A stretch of 63,970 nucleotides of DNA, counting the filler, from Licmophora abbreviata (lineage: Eukaryota): assembly GCA_900291995.1 (NCBI GenBank). It is 18 parts of 18 records of this genome, joined end to end, with 100 filler letters (N's around TTAATTAATTAA, not from the genome) between each part and the next. Parts side by side here need not be neighbours in the genome. Positions count along the whole stretch, not along the records: positions 19,841 to 24,447 come from OLMU01006145.1; positions 24,548 to 27,414 come from OLMU01006146.1; positions 27,515 to 29,257 come from OLMU01006147.1; positions 29,358 to 31,624 come from OLMU01006148.1; positions 31,725 to 35,062 come from OLMU01006149.1; 13 more parts are not named here. One strand, written 5' to 3'. The notes under the pieces are model-generated. The model was given only the letters and a program-made list of their open reading frames with translations, was not told the origin of the DNA and made no database searches. The position numbers were made by a program, and so were the translations under genes. Below are positions 20,994-33,123 of the stretch, one piece after another. Position 1 is the first letter of the stretch. Each line of letters begins with the position of its first letter.

Positions 20994-22806
20994 ATGATGA
21001 AGTCTCTCGTTCTACTCTTTCTCGCGGCTCTGGCCGCTACCCATGCCCACGACGATGTGATGTCGGTCCACGGGAGTGGTACGACGAACCCGTCCAAGTG
21101 TTTTTGGCTCCTGATGCAGCAAATTACGGAACGTGCCAAATGGCCGATTCGACTCTCGTACCGCGCGGTCGGCAGCGGCACGGGACAGGCTGAATTCATC
21201 GGAACGACTGTGAACGAGACTGACTTTGTGCCTTCCAATGACTTTGGTAGTGGGGATATCCCACTCAGTACTGAAGATTATGATTCGCTTCAAGGTGAAG
21301 GCATCGGAGTAGCCCATTTTCCCTTTGTTTTGGGAGCCATTAGTGTGTTTCACTCCGTGCCGAATGTTCCCAAGGATGTTCCTGGACAAGGATTGAACCT
21401 AACGGGATGTCTCCTGGCCAAGATTTTCCGAAGATCCATTGTCTTCTGGGACGATCAGGAGATTCTCGATCAAAATCCCATGCTGGAGTCCTACTTGCCG
21501 TCCGCGAACTTCCCCATCAATGTCGCGCATCGAGTGCATGGCAGTTCCAGTACTGCCAGTGTCACCCAGGTATGTCTCGACAGAAGCGCTGTGTGCGAGG
21601 AATTTTCTTTTACCTTTTTTCTCATCATCCATCTCTCTCTCTCTCTCTCTCTCTCCTTCCGTACTCCAGTACCTTCACAAGAAGTGTGATACCGAGTGGC
21701 CCGTAGATCTCGTCGGAAAGAACATCACCTGGCCCGCCGACACGGAAGGCTGCGAAGGCAGTGCCGGTATGACGACCTGCATTCTTCAAACGCCTGGTAC
21801 GATTGGATACATTGATAGTGGACACGGTCACGAGGAAGGCTTGAATGAAATTGAACTACAGAATTTCAACAAAAAGTATCTGACTTCCAAAGATGCAGCA
21901 GAGAATGGAGGCATTGCAGCGGCAGCGACGGCCGTGCCGACTTCGGTCTTTGAAGACTTTGGACAAGTCAGTCTGTTGGATCAAGTGAGTAGGAGATGGG
22001 AGATGGCGTTTTGTCTGTCTTGCTGTGGCTGGACGCAATGTTTGACTCACTGGTATTGCCCATGCGTCCGTGTCTCAATATCTCTCTACACACACTTCTC
22101 TTAGCCTGGCGACTTCACATGGCCCATTGTCGCCATGTCGTATGTTTACGTCAGAAAGGATCTATCGCACATTCACTCTCCCGAAGAGCAGACACTTCTC
22201 AAGGCTTTTCTCAGAACCCTCTACGAACCAAGCTACATTGATCAGTGCGTCGATCTATTTCGATTCAGCAAAGTTCCTGACTCTGTGCGGCAGCAAGCGC
22301 TCGATGGTATCGAACAGCTGGAACTCACTTCCGATACAGTGGAAGAATGGATTTTGGAGAGTTCGCCTCTCGAGAATGTGGGACAGGGCGACTTTGTCAT
22401 TTCGGAGAAGCGACGCACTTTCGCTGAGTATGAACGTACCAACTTGGCAACAGATGCGGGAGCTTTGGGCAATCACGTCGGGACGCTGCGAGAGCGTCTA
22501 GAATCCCTACAGCAGAAAGTAATTGATTTGGAAGAGTTGGTTGAGCAACAACAAGCTATTGCGGCTCAGGCGCAGCAACAGAATGGGGTCAATGACGAGT
22601 TGGCCGCCGACCAGCTGTTGGATGAGATCGAGCAATTCACGGAAGAAGACGAGCAGAGAGTGACGACGGCTCTGGTGTTGGCTTCCTTGTCGATCGTCTT
22701 TTCGGCAATTACCATGATGGTGATGATTGGAAGGATCGTTGGAAACAAGAGGGCGGGTGATGCCAGTAGTGATGCCAACGGAGTTCCAAAGGGGGTCGCA
22801 ACTTAA
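20994..22806 (+). CDS. pstS: PstS-family phosphate-binding protein with signal peptide, coiled-coil stalk and C-terminal TM; introns 21570-21669 and 21985-22104
   Basis: HGSGTT, YRAVGSGTG, DFGSGD, HRVHGSSST, GTIGYID and WPIVAMSY motifs. Both GT-AG introns restore a continuous frame. Confidence 0.85.
21632..21655. repeat. (CT)n microsatellite in pstS intron 1 polypyrimidine tract
   Basis: tctctc... run directly visible. Confidence 0.9.
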
Positions 22807-23488
22807 ACGTGACGCGAAATGATGGAGAGTGTGAGGTTAGAAATTGGCATTTAGTAGGTTAGAAGGAGTAGCTTTAGAGACATAACAATAGGAGTAGTCT
22901 ACTCGAAGAAGGTTACTCTATCGTGCGTCTATGGTGGTTAGAGTCAAGTCCACCATTGTATCTCCAACTGCTGCTCTACAGTAGAGCTGCCCGGTCTTGA
23001 CCAGTGGTTTACACAGCGACTTTCGACTCTCGACCCCTGCTAGAAAGACCTTACCGGTTGCACACGAGGAATACCACTGACGGTGTAGCATAAAGTGGTC
23101 CTGGGACGTGATAGCAAACGTCGCAGACGTGAACCTCCACCAATCAATTTGTCGCTGTACATATTCTTTGTGTTTCATTGCTGAATTGGTCTTCTGTAGG
23201 ACATAAGTAAATTGACGACACCAGCCATCTAGGGCATAAGTAAATACAGAGCCTGTCTCACCCATGCAAAAATCAAGCGGATTTGCTGGTTTGAAACGGG
23301 ATCGGGCCACGACAACGAGGGGACGTGAAGCTCTCGTCTCTCCTCATATGGGAATTGAATCTTCGCGCTGTTTCATATTCTGGAAGGACGAGCCCATGTT
23401 TGGAGAATCCTTGGTTACACTGAAAACAGGCAAGCGCAGAGCGAATCGCCGAGAGAGGCACAAAACCTCAAAGTTTTGAAAAATAAGA

Positions 23489-25770
23489 ATGAGCATGACG
23501 AGAAGCTCACGAAAACGCAAGATCATCCTGACTTGCTATTGCACCTTCCTCGGGGTTTCGTCTTGTTGCGGTCGACTGGGGGAGTTCGCTGCTGACGATA
23601 CGAATACCGGTTCGATCGCTTTGAACCAGACAACAGCCTCTCTGCTTCAAAAGAGCGAAATGAAAAAAGGAGAACCCCTCAACGACAAATCTTTTGCTCC
23701 GAATTTATCACTACTGAATGGCACTTCTTCGGGGCCACTTCGTCCAAGTGAGACGAGCATAAAACTTCTAGATGCACCGTTATCGCTAAACTCTACAAAG
23801 TCAACACTTCTCGGCTTGCCGCCGCTCTCTGAAGTCAATCATCCTTACGGTGAGGCATCACCACCCATGCCTACTACTACTGATACACAACACATTGTCG
23901 GTGGCGACATTGTGGCTCCCGGTACCTTTCCGTTCTTCACAGACTTTGGACCATGCGGAGCAGCTCTGATTCATTCAGATATCCTCATCACTGCAGCGCA
24001 CTGCAACGTTGTCACCAGTCGCAAGGTCTATGTCAATTCCCACTACTCTCCGCACAGTGGTGGTGAGGGCTTGGGTCCATCCATCGACAGCAGCAAGGGT
24101 GACATGGAAGAGCGGCACATTCTTGCCAGACGAATACACCCCGATTACAATAATCGAGCCACCAAGGGCCATGATATCATGCTGCTTAAATTGGATTCAC
24201 CGAGTAACCATACTCCCGTCGCCATCAATTCGGACCCCGACCGCCCCATTGTTGATAGGAACGTGATTGCCATAGGCCACGGCGTGGTTGATACTGCGAC
24301 ACGTGAGTCGTCGTCCCTTCTTCGCCGAGTTTCACTGAGCACATACTCCAACGAAGAGTGTCATGATATCTATAGTAGTATGGGGCACTTTGATGTCATT
24401 CGGGACAGCATGTTGTGTACCGGAACCCTGAGCGGGGGGCGTGACGTNNNNNNNNNNNNNNNNNNNNNNNNNNNNNNNNNNNNNNNNNNNNTTAATTAAT
24501 TAANNNNNNNNNNNNNNNNNNNNNNNNNNNNNNNNNNNNNNNNNNNNGCTTGTTGCTTCTGTTTGAGATACAACTCGTCCATTCATTCGTTCACTCTTTC
24601 GTGACTTCCACAGTCTTGCCAGGGTGATTCAGGTACGTCCATCGCAAAGATCGCTTGTCATCGCCTTTGCCTACCCTCCGCTACGTATGTATGGAGCAAG
24701 CACCGATTCACGAATTTGCCTCTCGTTCTCTCCTCTTTTCAGGCGGCTGCGTCTTGGAACGGCAAACATCAGCCTCACCGTCGCAAAAAGTTGAGTTTGC
24801 GCTAGTAGGCATAGTATCGTTTGGAATAAGCTGTGCCTTGCCCAACGTACCGGCTGTCAATACAAGAGTCAGCTCGTACTCGCAATGGATCCAAGAGCAG
24901 ATTTGTGATTTGTCCGAGAATCGACCCAGCGATTGCCCACCGATCCCAGAAAATGCAGTGGCAGTACGAGTCAATGTCGTGTTGGGTCGTGAGTTTCAAC
25001 AGACATCGTGGTCTATACGGCGCAACGAGGACGGTCTCGTGGTCTTTTCGTCACGGGGATACTCGCCGGGACTCACGTCCGAACGAGTTTATCTCACGCC
25101 AGACACATACGTGTTTGCTCTGGTGGATACGACTGGTGGAGCTTCTGCCACGTACGAGCTTACGGCCGACAAGGGAGAGAAAGGTGAAGTGCTGATCAAG
25201 AGTGGCGGAGGTTACTACTCTGACATAGGACCTCATACATTCATCCTGACACCACCTGAGATCGACGTCGAAGAGGATGAAGGAGAAAGAGGAGGCACGG
25301 ATGGCGCTAGTACAGCTTCTTGCCACGATATTTCCGGTGACGGCTTCTATGTCAACAAAATGTTCGGTACCCAGAGCTGCACATGGCTGAAACAGAATCG
25401 AGGCTGGAGTCGAGTGTTGTGTCGACCGGGCAGTCGAGTCTACGAGACGTGTGCAGAGACTTGCGGAACGTGTTCGACCAACGGCGAAAAGGAAACTTCA
25501 GCGGAGACGACCGTGGAATGTGAGGACTCGAGAACAGGTCTATTTACGCTAGACGGAAGAGGGGGCTACACATGTCGATGGCTATCATCATTGCGACGAG
25601 ATGCTGGAACGATGAAACGTATCTGTGATATATCCAGCGGAAACGCAAGAGAGGTGTGCCGAAAGTCGTGCCAGACATGCGGGGCGGACGAAGTGGAACG
25701 GAAATACGCCCCACGTGCCTATGATCGACATATATTCCCCACCAGGAACCAGTCGATGCAGCGATCTTGA
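23489..25770 (+). CDS. Trypsin-like (S1) serine protease with C-terminal ShK-like Cys-rich domains; microexon 24614-24632, intron 24633-24742
   Basis: IVGG, ITAAHC, HDIMLLKL, spliced D-SCQGDSGG and VGIVSFG..C. Two C.WL...C...C..[ST]C..C modules follow. Confidence 0.88.
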
Positions 25771-26152
25771 GGCACGGGGGGCACTGATAGAATAACTTTG
25801 TCGATCGGGCAGTAGATACCTTAAACATGAAACATTCTGCATTTTGTTGCTAGCTTGTGGAAAGCAGTGCTTTCATGCTTGTTCCTGGTACCATTTGGTG
25901 TCTGTTACTATTTGTACACGGTCCAAGGTACGTGCTGCGACCGAAGTCACACGAAGCAGGTGAAGAGGCTGGGAGGTCGCCAGATCTGTCCCTTCATCCT
26001 ACGATTCGTGCGATTTGACACTCTCTGCAATGCGTGCTAGCTAGAAGCGCAGTCGTTGATTGAACCAGTAGTGTCTCCTTGCTTGCTGTGTGAAAGCATA
26101 CTGCGTACTATTTCTTAGTCTACACTACAGTACTCCCTCTCTACACTCGCGT

Positions 26153-26425
26153 CTACTTGGTTTTCTTCGTTTGCCCGCTCTTCTCTGCCGCAGTGGAAGC
26201 AGACGGCTCCGGGGGAACCTCGCGCCGAGGAGGATCGCCACCGTCCAGCCCAGTAAAGCCGGCGAAAATGAGAAAGGCAAAGGTGCAAAGGGCAACGCGC
26301 TCCATCGTCGGGCGTGCTTCCCAAAAGGCAACTATCCAATCCACGACTGCATTGGCGGAGACGCCAAGACAGAGGGTCGCGAATACGAGCAGAGGTAACA
26401 GCGTTGAGGTCTGAGGCATGGTCAA
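26153..26425 (-). CDS. Small membrane hypothetical protein
   Basis: Signal-peptide-like N-terminus plus a second hydrophobic helix. Short ORF only. Confidence 0.35.
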   Translation of the reverse strand: MTMPQTSTLLPLLVFATLCLGVSANAVVDWIVAFWEARPTMERVALCTFAFLIFAGFTGLDGGDPPRREVPPEPSASTAAEKSGQTKKTK

Positions 26426-27006
26426 AGAGGGGCTTGTTGTCGTCGTGGCTGTCGTTGTCGTTGTGGCTCACATCGCATTGGTGTCCGCACGGCGTGAAAA
26501 ACGCATCTTTTGGCGCGCGCGCGGCGGTCCTCGATGTGTCTTCTACACGTAGGCACTTCTCTAGCGCTCATATTCCTCTTCTTTTCTATTGACTATATTC
26601 AATACTGTACCGACAGCAGATAAGAAGTGTTGAAATCGACTGGTGGAGCACCGACGAAGGGAACGCGCGGACAGCAGACGAGTTTGGCTCGCTCCAAGTT
26701 GCGACCTCGTATCGTGTTGAATGCATCATTCAGACATGAGTGTATTTTATAATATGGTATATGATATAAAGAGTCAATACGAAGATCGATCGACTCCAGG
26801 GCTTTCGAAGTTCGGAGTTCGGCCACTCTGGACTTTAGACCGAGGACATATTTCAATATCCGTTCAAAAGACGGCTTGCGCTCTTGATCATTCACAAGCC
26901 CTCTCCTGCAAATTTCAAATTTCTTCAAATTTTTCGTCATGCGATGACATTGCTCTCACAATTTCACAATTTCGCAAAGCCTCGAATCTCGCAAACACGG
27001 TAAAAC

Positions 27007-27414
27007 ATGAGGAGCGCAACTGGTTTGCTCGCTGGTCTTACTACCAGTCTGATCGTTGTATCTGCATCGGCCCGTCTTCTGAGAACACCGCTCCCTGAAC
27101 TCGGCGGTCTGAACGACAAGCCTCCGAAAGCAGTCAGGAAGCTCAAGAACTCGAATAGAGCCGTCAAGTCTCAGAAGTCTCTCACACCTCACTCACACTT
27201 TTTACAAAAACCTCATGAGAATGTGGACAGCCGAATCGTTGGTGGGGAGCTTGCAGACCCCGATGAGTACAGTTTCTTTGTGGATTTTGGAGGCTGTAAG
27301 TGTATAAAATTATCTTTCGTGTCGCCTCTGTCTCGTCATGAATGGAACATTGCTCACTTCGCTCGACGCCAACCGACTCGACAGGTGGCGCGTCGCTCAT
27401 TTTCAAGCTTGTCT
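27007..27414 (+). CDS. Second trypsin-like protease, 5' fragment; intron 27296-27384
   Basis: Signal peptide and DSRIVGG activation site. Spliced FFVDFGGC-GASLI matches the neighbouring paralog (FFTDFGPCGAALI). Confidence 0.8.
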
Positions 27415-27514
27415 NNNNNNNNNNNNNNNNNNNNNNNNNNNNNNNNNNNNNNNNNNNNTTAATTAATTAANNNNNNNNNNNNNNNNNNNNNNNNNNNNNN
27501 NNNNNNNNNNNNNN

Positions 27515-28883
27515 ATGTCTTCTACTCCTCTTTCCTCTCTACAAGGCCAGCACGTGAATGTGGCCATGATGACGAGCGGCGGCCTGGCTCCGTGCTTGAG
27601 CAGCAGCGTCGCGCAGCTCATCAAGCACTGGGTGGCGGCCAAGGAGGCGGGCACCATCAGTGGACTGACCTTTCGCATGTACGTCGATGGGTACAAGGGC
27701 ATCCTCACCAACGACAGCTTCCTCGTCGCTCCGGAAGTCTACGACAAGACGGATGCCTTGAATGACCTCGGAGGATCGCCCATTGGCAATTCCAGAGTCA
27801 AGGTGAGACACACTATATAAGAGACTCGAGAGTACTTTTGGTGTTGTTGAAATCATGCATGAATACTCACTCTCTATAATCATCATCACCATCATCATCA
27901 CCATCATCATCATTACACAGCTCACCAACGTCAAGGACTGCATCGCCCGCGGCTTTGTCGGACCCGACGAAACTCCCCTGGAAAAGTCCGCCCAACGCCT
28001 CATTGCCGACGAAATCCACGTCCTGCACACCATCGGCGGCGACGACACCAACACCCAGGCCGCCGAACTCTCCAAGTACATTCTCGACAGCCACGGAGGC
28101 AAGGTCGTTGTCATTGGGATGCCCAAAACCATCGACAATGACGTTTACCCCATTCATCAGACCTTTGGTGCCGACACGGCCGCGCACCAGGGCGCCATCT
28201 TCTTCACCAATGTCGTCTCCGAGTCCACGGCCAACCCGCGCATGTTGATCCTCCACGAGTGCATGGGGCGGGACAGTGGCTACCTCACGGCGGCCACGGC
28301 ACGTGCCTACCGAGACTCTCTCTCCCGACAAGTCTTTGTGGAGGGATTCACCACCACCCAGGCTTCGCGCGACGTGCACGCCATTTGGATTCCTGAACTG
28401 CCCTTGGACATTGCCAAGGAAGCCGAGCGGCTCAAGGTCCTCTTGGACACGCACGGGTGTGTCAATGTCTTTTTCGGAGAAGGCACGGGCGTCAAGGAAA
28501 TCGTTGCGGAAATGGAAGCCAACGGTGAGGACGTTCCCCGCGATGCCTTTGGACACGTTACTCTGGCCAAGATCAACCCCGGACAGTACTTTAGCAAACA
28601 CCTCAGTGCGAGTATTGGAGCGGAAAAGACGTTGGTGCAAAAGTCGGGCTACTTTAGTCGAGCGGCGGCGGCCAATGACTTTGATCGGGAGTTGATTGGA
28701 GAGTGTGCCAAGGTCGGTGTGGAAGCGGCGATTCAGGGCATGTCTGGGTGTATGGGACAAGATGAAAATAAGGAGGGTATGCCGATTCGGGCGATTGAAT
28801 TTGAACGGATCAAGGGTGGAAAGCCTTTTGATATTCAACAAGAGTGGTTCCAGACCATGCTCAAGGATATTGGACAAAAATAA
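27515..28883 (+). CDS. PFP: Pyrophosphate-dependent phosphofructokinase (short, Propionibacterium-like clade); intron 27803-27920
   Basis: TSGGLAPCLSS, GGSPIGNSRVK, GGDDT (Asp marks PPi specificity), PKTIDND, MGR.SG and KSGYFSR. Confidence 0.9.
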
Positions 28884-29093
28884 TACTATGTGAATGAGTG
28901 CGCGATTTTGGTACAGTGAGTGGGTGGGGAGGTGGTGGAGAGTGCATGTGAAGGTGACCAAGAGATGGAACGAGGGAAGAAGGCAATCGCCTCTTGTTCG
29001 TACTACAGTAGTAGCCTAGTTTCACATCAATACAAGCTTTTTAAGTTTCCTATCGTTCCGTTCCGCTTCCTTCGTCCGTTCGCTAATACTAGA

Positions 29094-31624
29094 CTACGAC
29101 TGAAAGTTCCGTGCCTTTTCAAGAATACCTTCCATATGATTCATGCCCGGCACGGTGAACTGCGCACTGTCCTTCTTACCACCGCCCTTACCGCCAGTAC
29201 CCTCTGTGACGGCAGCGACCCAGGCCTTGCAGTTGACGTCTCCCATACCCTTGGGAGNNNNNNNNNNNNNNNNNNNNNNNNNNNNNNNNNNNNNNNNNNN
29301 NTTAATTAATTAANNNNNNNNNNNNNNNNNNNNNNNNNNNNNNNNNNNNNNNNNNNNCACCAGCATGAGCGCCTTGTCCTTTATCTTTTTGCCATACGCG
29401 GCCGTGACTGCCTTGGCAACCTTGCCTTCGACGCCAAAGTCGGACCGACAGACAACCTTGTTGCCTTCCGTGTCGGCGGCAGCGGCGAGCACCGTTTCGA
29501 CAACTTGACCGGTTTGCGCAGCAGCCTTTTCCTTCTTGTACGCAACGACCTTTCTGGACAGCGAGCCGAGCGTTTCGCGAAAGTCCACCTTTTTGGAGGC
29601 CGAAATGGACAGACTGTTCAGCTCGGTAGTGAGCTCCTTGACCAGTCCTTCCAGCTGGTCGCCGCCGACGTTGGCGGCGGCCTTGAGCTTGGCGTCGAAT
29701 GTCATGGCTTTTTCAATCGCAATCTTGGCGTCGCCCATCGTCACTGCTGTGATACGACGAATGCCCTTTGCGATACCTTCCTCGCTGAGTAGTACAAAGG
29801 CTTCAGCGTCCTTGGTATTGGTCAAGTGCGTGCCTCCGCAGAACTCAATGCTATACTCGTTCCACGAGTCGTCCTGTGGGTTTCGAAGAATGTCCACAAC
29901 GGGAGTAGGGGCGACTGACACTACGCGGACTGGGTCCGGATAGGTTTCTCCAAAGACGGCACGTAGCGATGAAATTTGCTGGGCATCGGCTAGGGGAGCC
30001 ACGTAGGCATCCACAGGGACCTCCCTTTCGATACGGTCCGAGCACAGCTCTTCAATTTTTGCAAGCTGTTTGGGCGACACGGGTCCGTTCCACGAAAAGT
30101 CAAAGCGAAGCTTGGATTCGTCCACGAGCGATCCCTTTTGGTCAACGGTCATGTTGGGAGCCTTCTCGGCCTGGTTCACAAGCACTTCTCGAAGGGCATG
30201 GTTGAGCACGTGAGTCATGGTGTGGTTGGCAGCAATGGGCAGGCGTCGCGTGAAGTCGACCTTGCACGTGACCGAGTCCTCTGCAGTAACTGTACCGTCG
30301 ATCACTTCACCAACATGCAAGACAAACTGCCCATACATTTGAACGTTGTCGACCCGCACGGTCGCGCCACTCGTAGTTTCCAACACACCCGTGTCAAAGA
30401 CTTGCCCTCCCGCCTCAGCGTAAAAGCTCGTCTTGTCCAAGACGACGCCCACAGAACCGTTCGCCACCGAAATGGAAGACACAAATCCGATCTTGTCTTC
30501 GGTCTCTCCTCGTCCCACAAATAGCGCCTTGGCCGTACATCCGGTCAGATCCTCATTCCATACGTACTTGAGAGAATCGTCCGTCGCCTTCACTCCCTGC
30601 CCAACAAGATGAGCCGTCTGCTCGGCAACGAGTCGCATGTCCTTGCCGCTGCCGCCGCTCATCTTTGCCTGATGGGCCGCAGCGCTCAATTCTTGCTCCT
30701 CTCTCATTTTATTTTCAAAACCATCCTTGTCAAGCGTCAGTCCCTTCTCTTCCGCCATGAGTTCCGTCAGGTCGACTGGAAATCCCATGCTCGTGTACAG
30801 AAAGTGAGCATCTTCACCCGAGAAGACCTTGTCTTCTCCCACCTTTTCGGCAAGCTCATTGAACTTCAAGAGACCCTTATCGAGAGTTCGCGAAAAGGAT
30901 TCTTCTTCTTCCTGGATGATGGCCGTCACGTATTCTTGCTTTTCCACCAATTCGGGATAGGTCTTGCCCATGAGCTCGACAAGCGCTGGAACGAGCTTGC
31001 TAAAGAATCCCAATTCAGCGCCAAGGTTTTGTCGTCCATACCGCACCGCGCGCCGCAGTACACGTCGCAGCACATATCCCCGGCCATCGTTACTGGGCGT
31101 TGCTCCATCGGCAATGGCAAACGAGAGGGTCCGAACGTGATCCGCCACGACTCGGTATGCCATGTCGACATATCCAATATCCTCTGCCGCACCCACTTTG
31201 CCTGCATATGGTCTAGCACCCGTCAATTCTTGGATTTTGGCAAAGAGTGGTTGGAAAATGTCAGTGTCATAGTTGCTGTCAAAGCCCTGCAGAATACTGG
31301 TGAGACGTTCAAATCCCATGCCCGTATCAATGTGCTGGGCCGGTAGCGGACGCAACGACTTGTCGGCCTCCCGATTGTACTGAATAAAGACATTATTCCA
31401 GATTTCAATGACATCGGGCAAGTCGGCATTGACCAGGGCCGCCGCATCACGGTTGCCAATACGATCGTAATGGATTTCGGTACAGGGCCCGCAGGGGCCC
31501 GTGGCGCCCATTTCCCAAAAGTTATCCTTGGCGTCAAAGGGAAGGACGCGTGAGGGTGGAAGGTATTTGAGCCAAAGATCGCGAGCTTCTGTGTCGCATG
31601 GCGTCATTTCGTCTCCTCCAAAGT
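29094..31624 (-). CDS. AARS: Alanyl-tRNA synthetase, 5' end in gap, spans gap 29258-29357
   Basis: [38 protein letters not shown] and GIRRI.A. C-terminal GGKGGG (DHHA1) lies beyond the gap, with stop at 29094. Confidence 0.97.
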
Positions 31625-32042
31625 NNNNNNNNNNNNNNNNNNNNNNNNNNNNNNNNNNNNNNNNNNNNTTAATTAATTAANNNNNNNNNNNNNNNNNNNN
31701 NNNNNNNNNNNNNNNNNNNNNNNNCGAACCTTGTCCATGGGCCACTCCGTCGTTGGCTGTTCCGAAGACATACTGATGAATCTAAACTCTAAAGCTGACA
31801 CTGAGAAACTGTTCTTTGACACAAAGCAACAAACTCTGCTCTGTGCTCTTGTTGTTGTTGTTGTTGTTGTTCAGAATTCACCGACTTCCGAATTGAGTCG
31901 AGTCATGGTGCTCATAACCGATATTGCTTCCACGTGTACGGTGACCGCACAGAAGGTCAAACGAGTATCCAGCTTCAACATCCGGGTATCATCACACCGA
32001 AGTTTGGCGGGAACTCGGATGTGTTTCTCAAATAATTCGACC

Positions 32043-33040
32043 ATGAAACTAAGTACTCCCTTGCTGCTCTTCGTCGCAGCACTCACCACAGCAACGGACG
32101 CTTCTTGCTACTGTAAAAGACAGACATCCTTTCATTGCAATGTACCGTGCTTTGCTTGGTCTAGACAATGGAAAAAAGAAGCTACCTCATGTTACACGAA
32201 GAAGACTCAGTCGTCGTTGTCGGTGGCGCTAGCAGTAGTTGTGGTAGTTTAGACGGCTTTCGATCACGCCACTGGAAGGACGACGCCTTGTTTCAAGAGA
32301 CAATTGTCAACCAGATTGCTGTCGATCTTACTCAACATACAGTGGTATCAAGAATATCAACAAAGACCATCATCATGGAGCCATCGGTGAAAGCGATGCA
32401 TCGAAACAAAAAGGATGGCACTGTCGTTGCTGTTGAAATAGAAGCCGCAATTACCAACCATGACGCGTCTTTCGTAAAAGCGCTAGCGCAAAGTATCCGG
32501 ACAAACTTGAAAGAGACGCAGTGGGAGCATCGCAGCTTTGGGGAAGGCAAGGGGGGCAATGATTGTACGTACCTGTCACCTTTCCTCCAGGCACTGCAAC
32601 CCAACATTGCCAACCAAGTGCGTAGCACGGTGCGTCTGGCGTATCAAGCTGCAGGTTGGAACGAGCTAGAGGAATGCCCAGATCCATTTTCACTGGGAAT
32701 CCGCACTTCGGAACACCTCTCGTATCAAGGCTGGAAAAGCCTGGAAGCACATAAGGATGTGGGGTCTGTTTACACATGTATGATGGCTCTGGCAGAGCCA
32801 ACGGACTATGTCGGTGGGGAATTCTTTGTGCATACTTCATTTTTTGAACAAACTGATATTCAACCAACAAGGCTACAGGCGATCGTCTTTCTAAGTGACA
32901 CGACGCACGGGGTGCGACCAATTACAGCGGGCTGCCGGGAAAGTTTTGTGACGGAATTGTGGAAGAACGACGATGCGCCAAGGGGGATGAATCGACCCAC
33001 GCCAGAAGAGTGGGACGAATTTCTTGCTCAACGATCATGA
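32043..33040 (+). CDS. 2-oxoglutarate/Fe(II)-dependent oxygenase, probably secreted or organellar
   Basis: HKD...Y.GGEF...HGV.PI..G.R motif. A signal peptide MKLSTPLLLFVAALTTATDA at 32043 can be joined by a possible intron 32113-32252; this splice model is uncertain. Confidence 0.75.
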
Positions 33041-33123
33041 GGGCCGGTACAGGTTGAGTAACGGGTTTTCCTTAAGAATACTGTAACAATAGTTAGAAGG
33101 ATTGTTTATTTTGTTGCTACTAC

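Noticed and set aside
22918..23310. 130-aa minus-strand ORF
   Set aside because: No motifs. It lies in the intergenic region between pstS and the trypsin gene.
27867..28961. 364-aa antisense ORF
   Set aside because: Shadow of the codon-biased PPi-PFK gene on the opposite strand, with no motifs.
30609..31346. 245-aa plus-strand ORF
   Set aside because: Antisense shadow of alanyl-tRNA synthetase.
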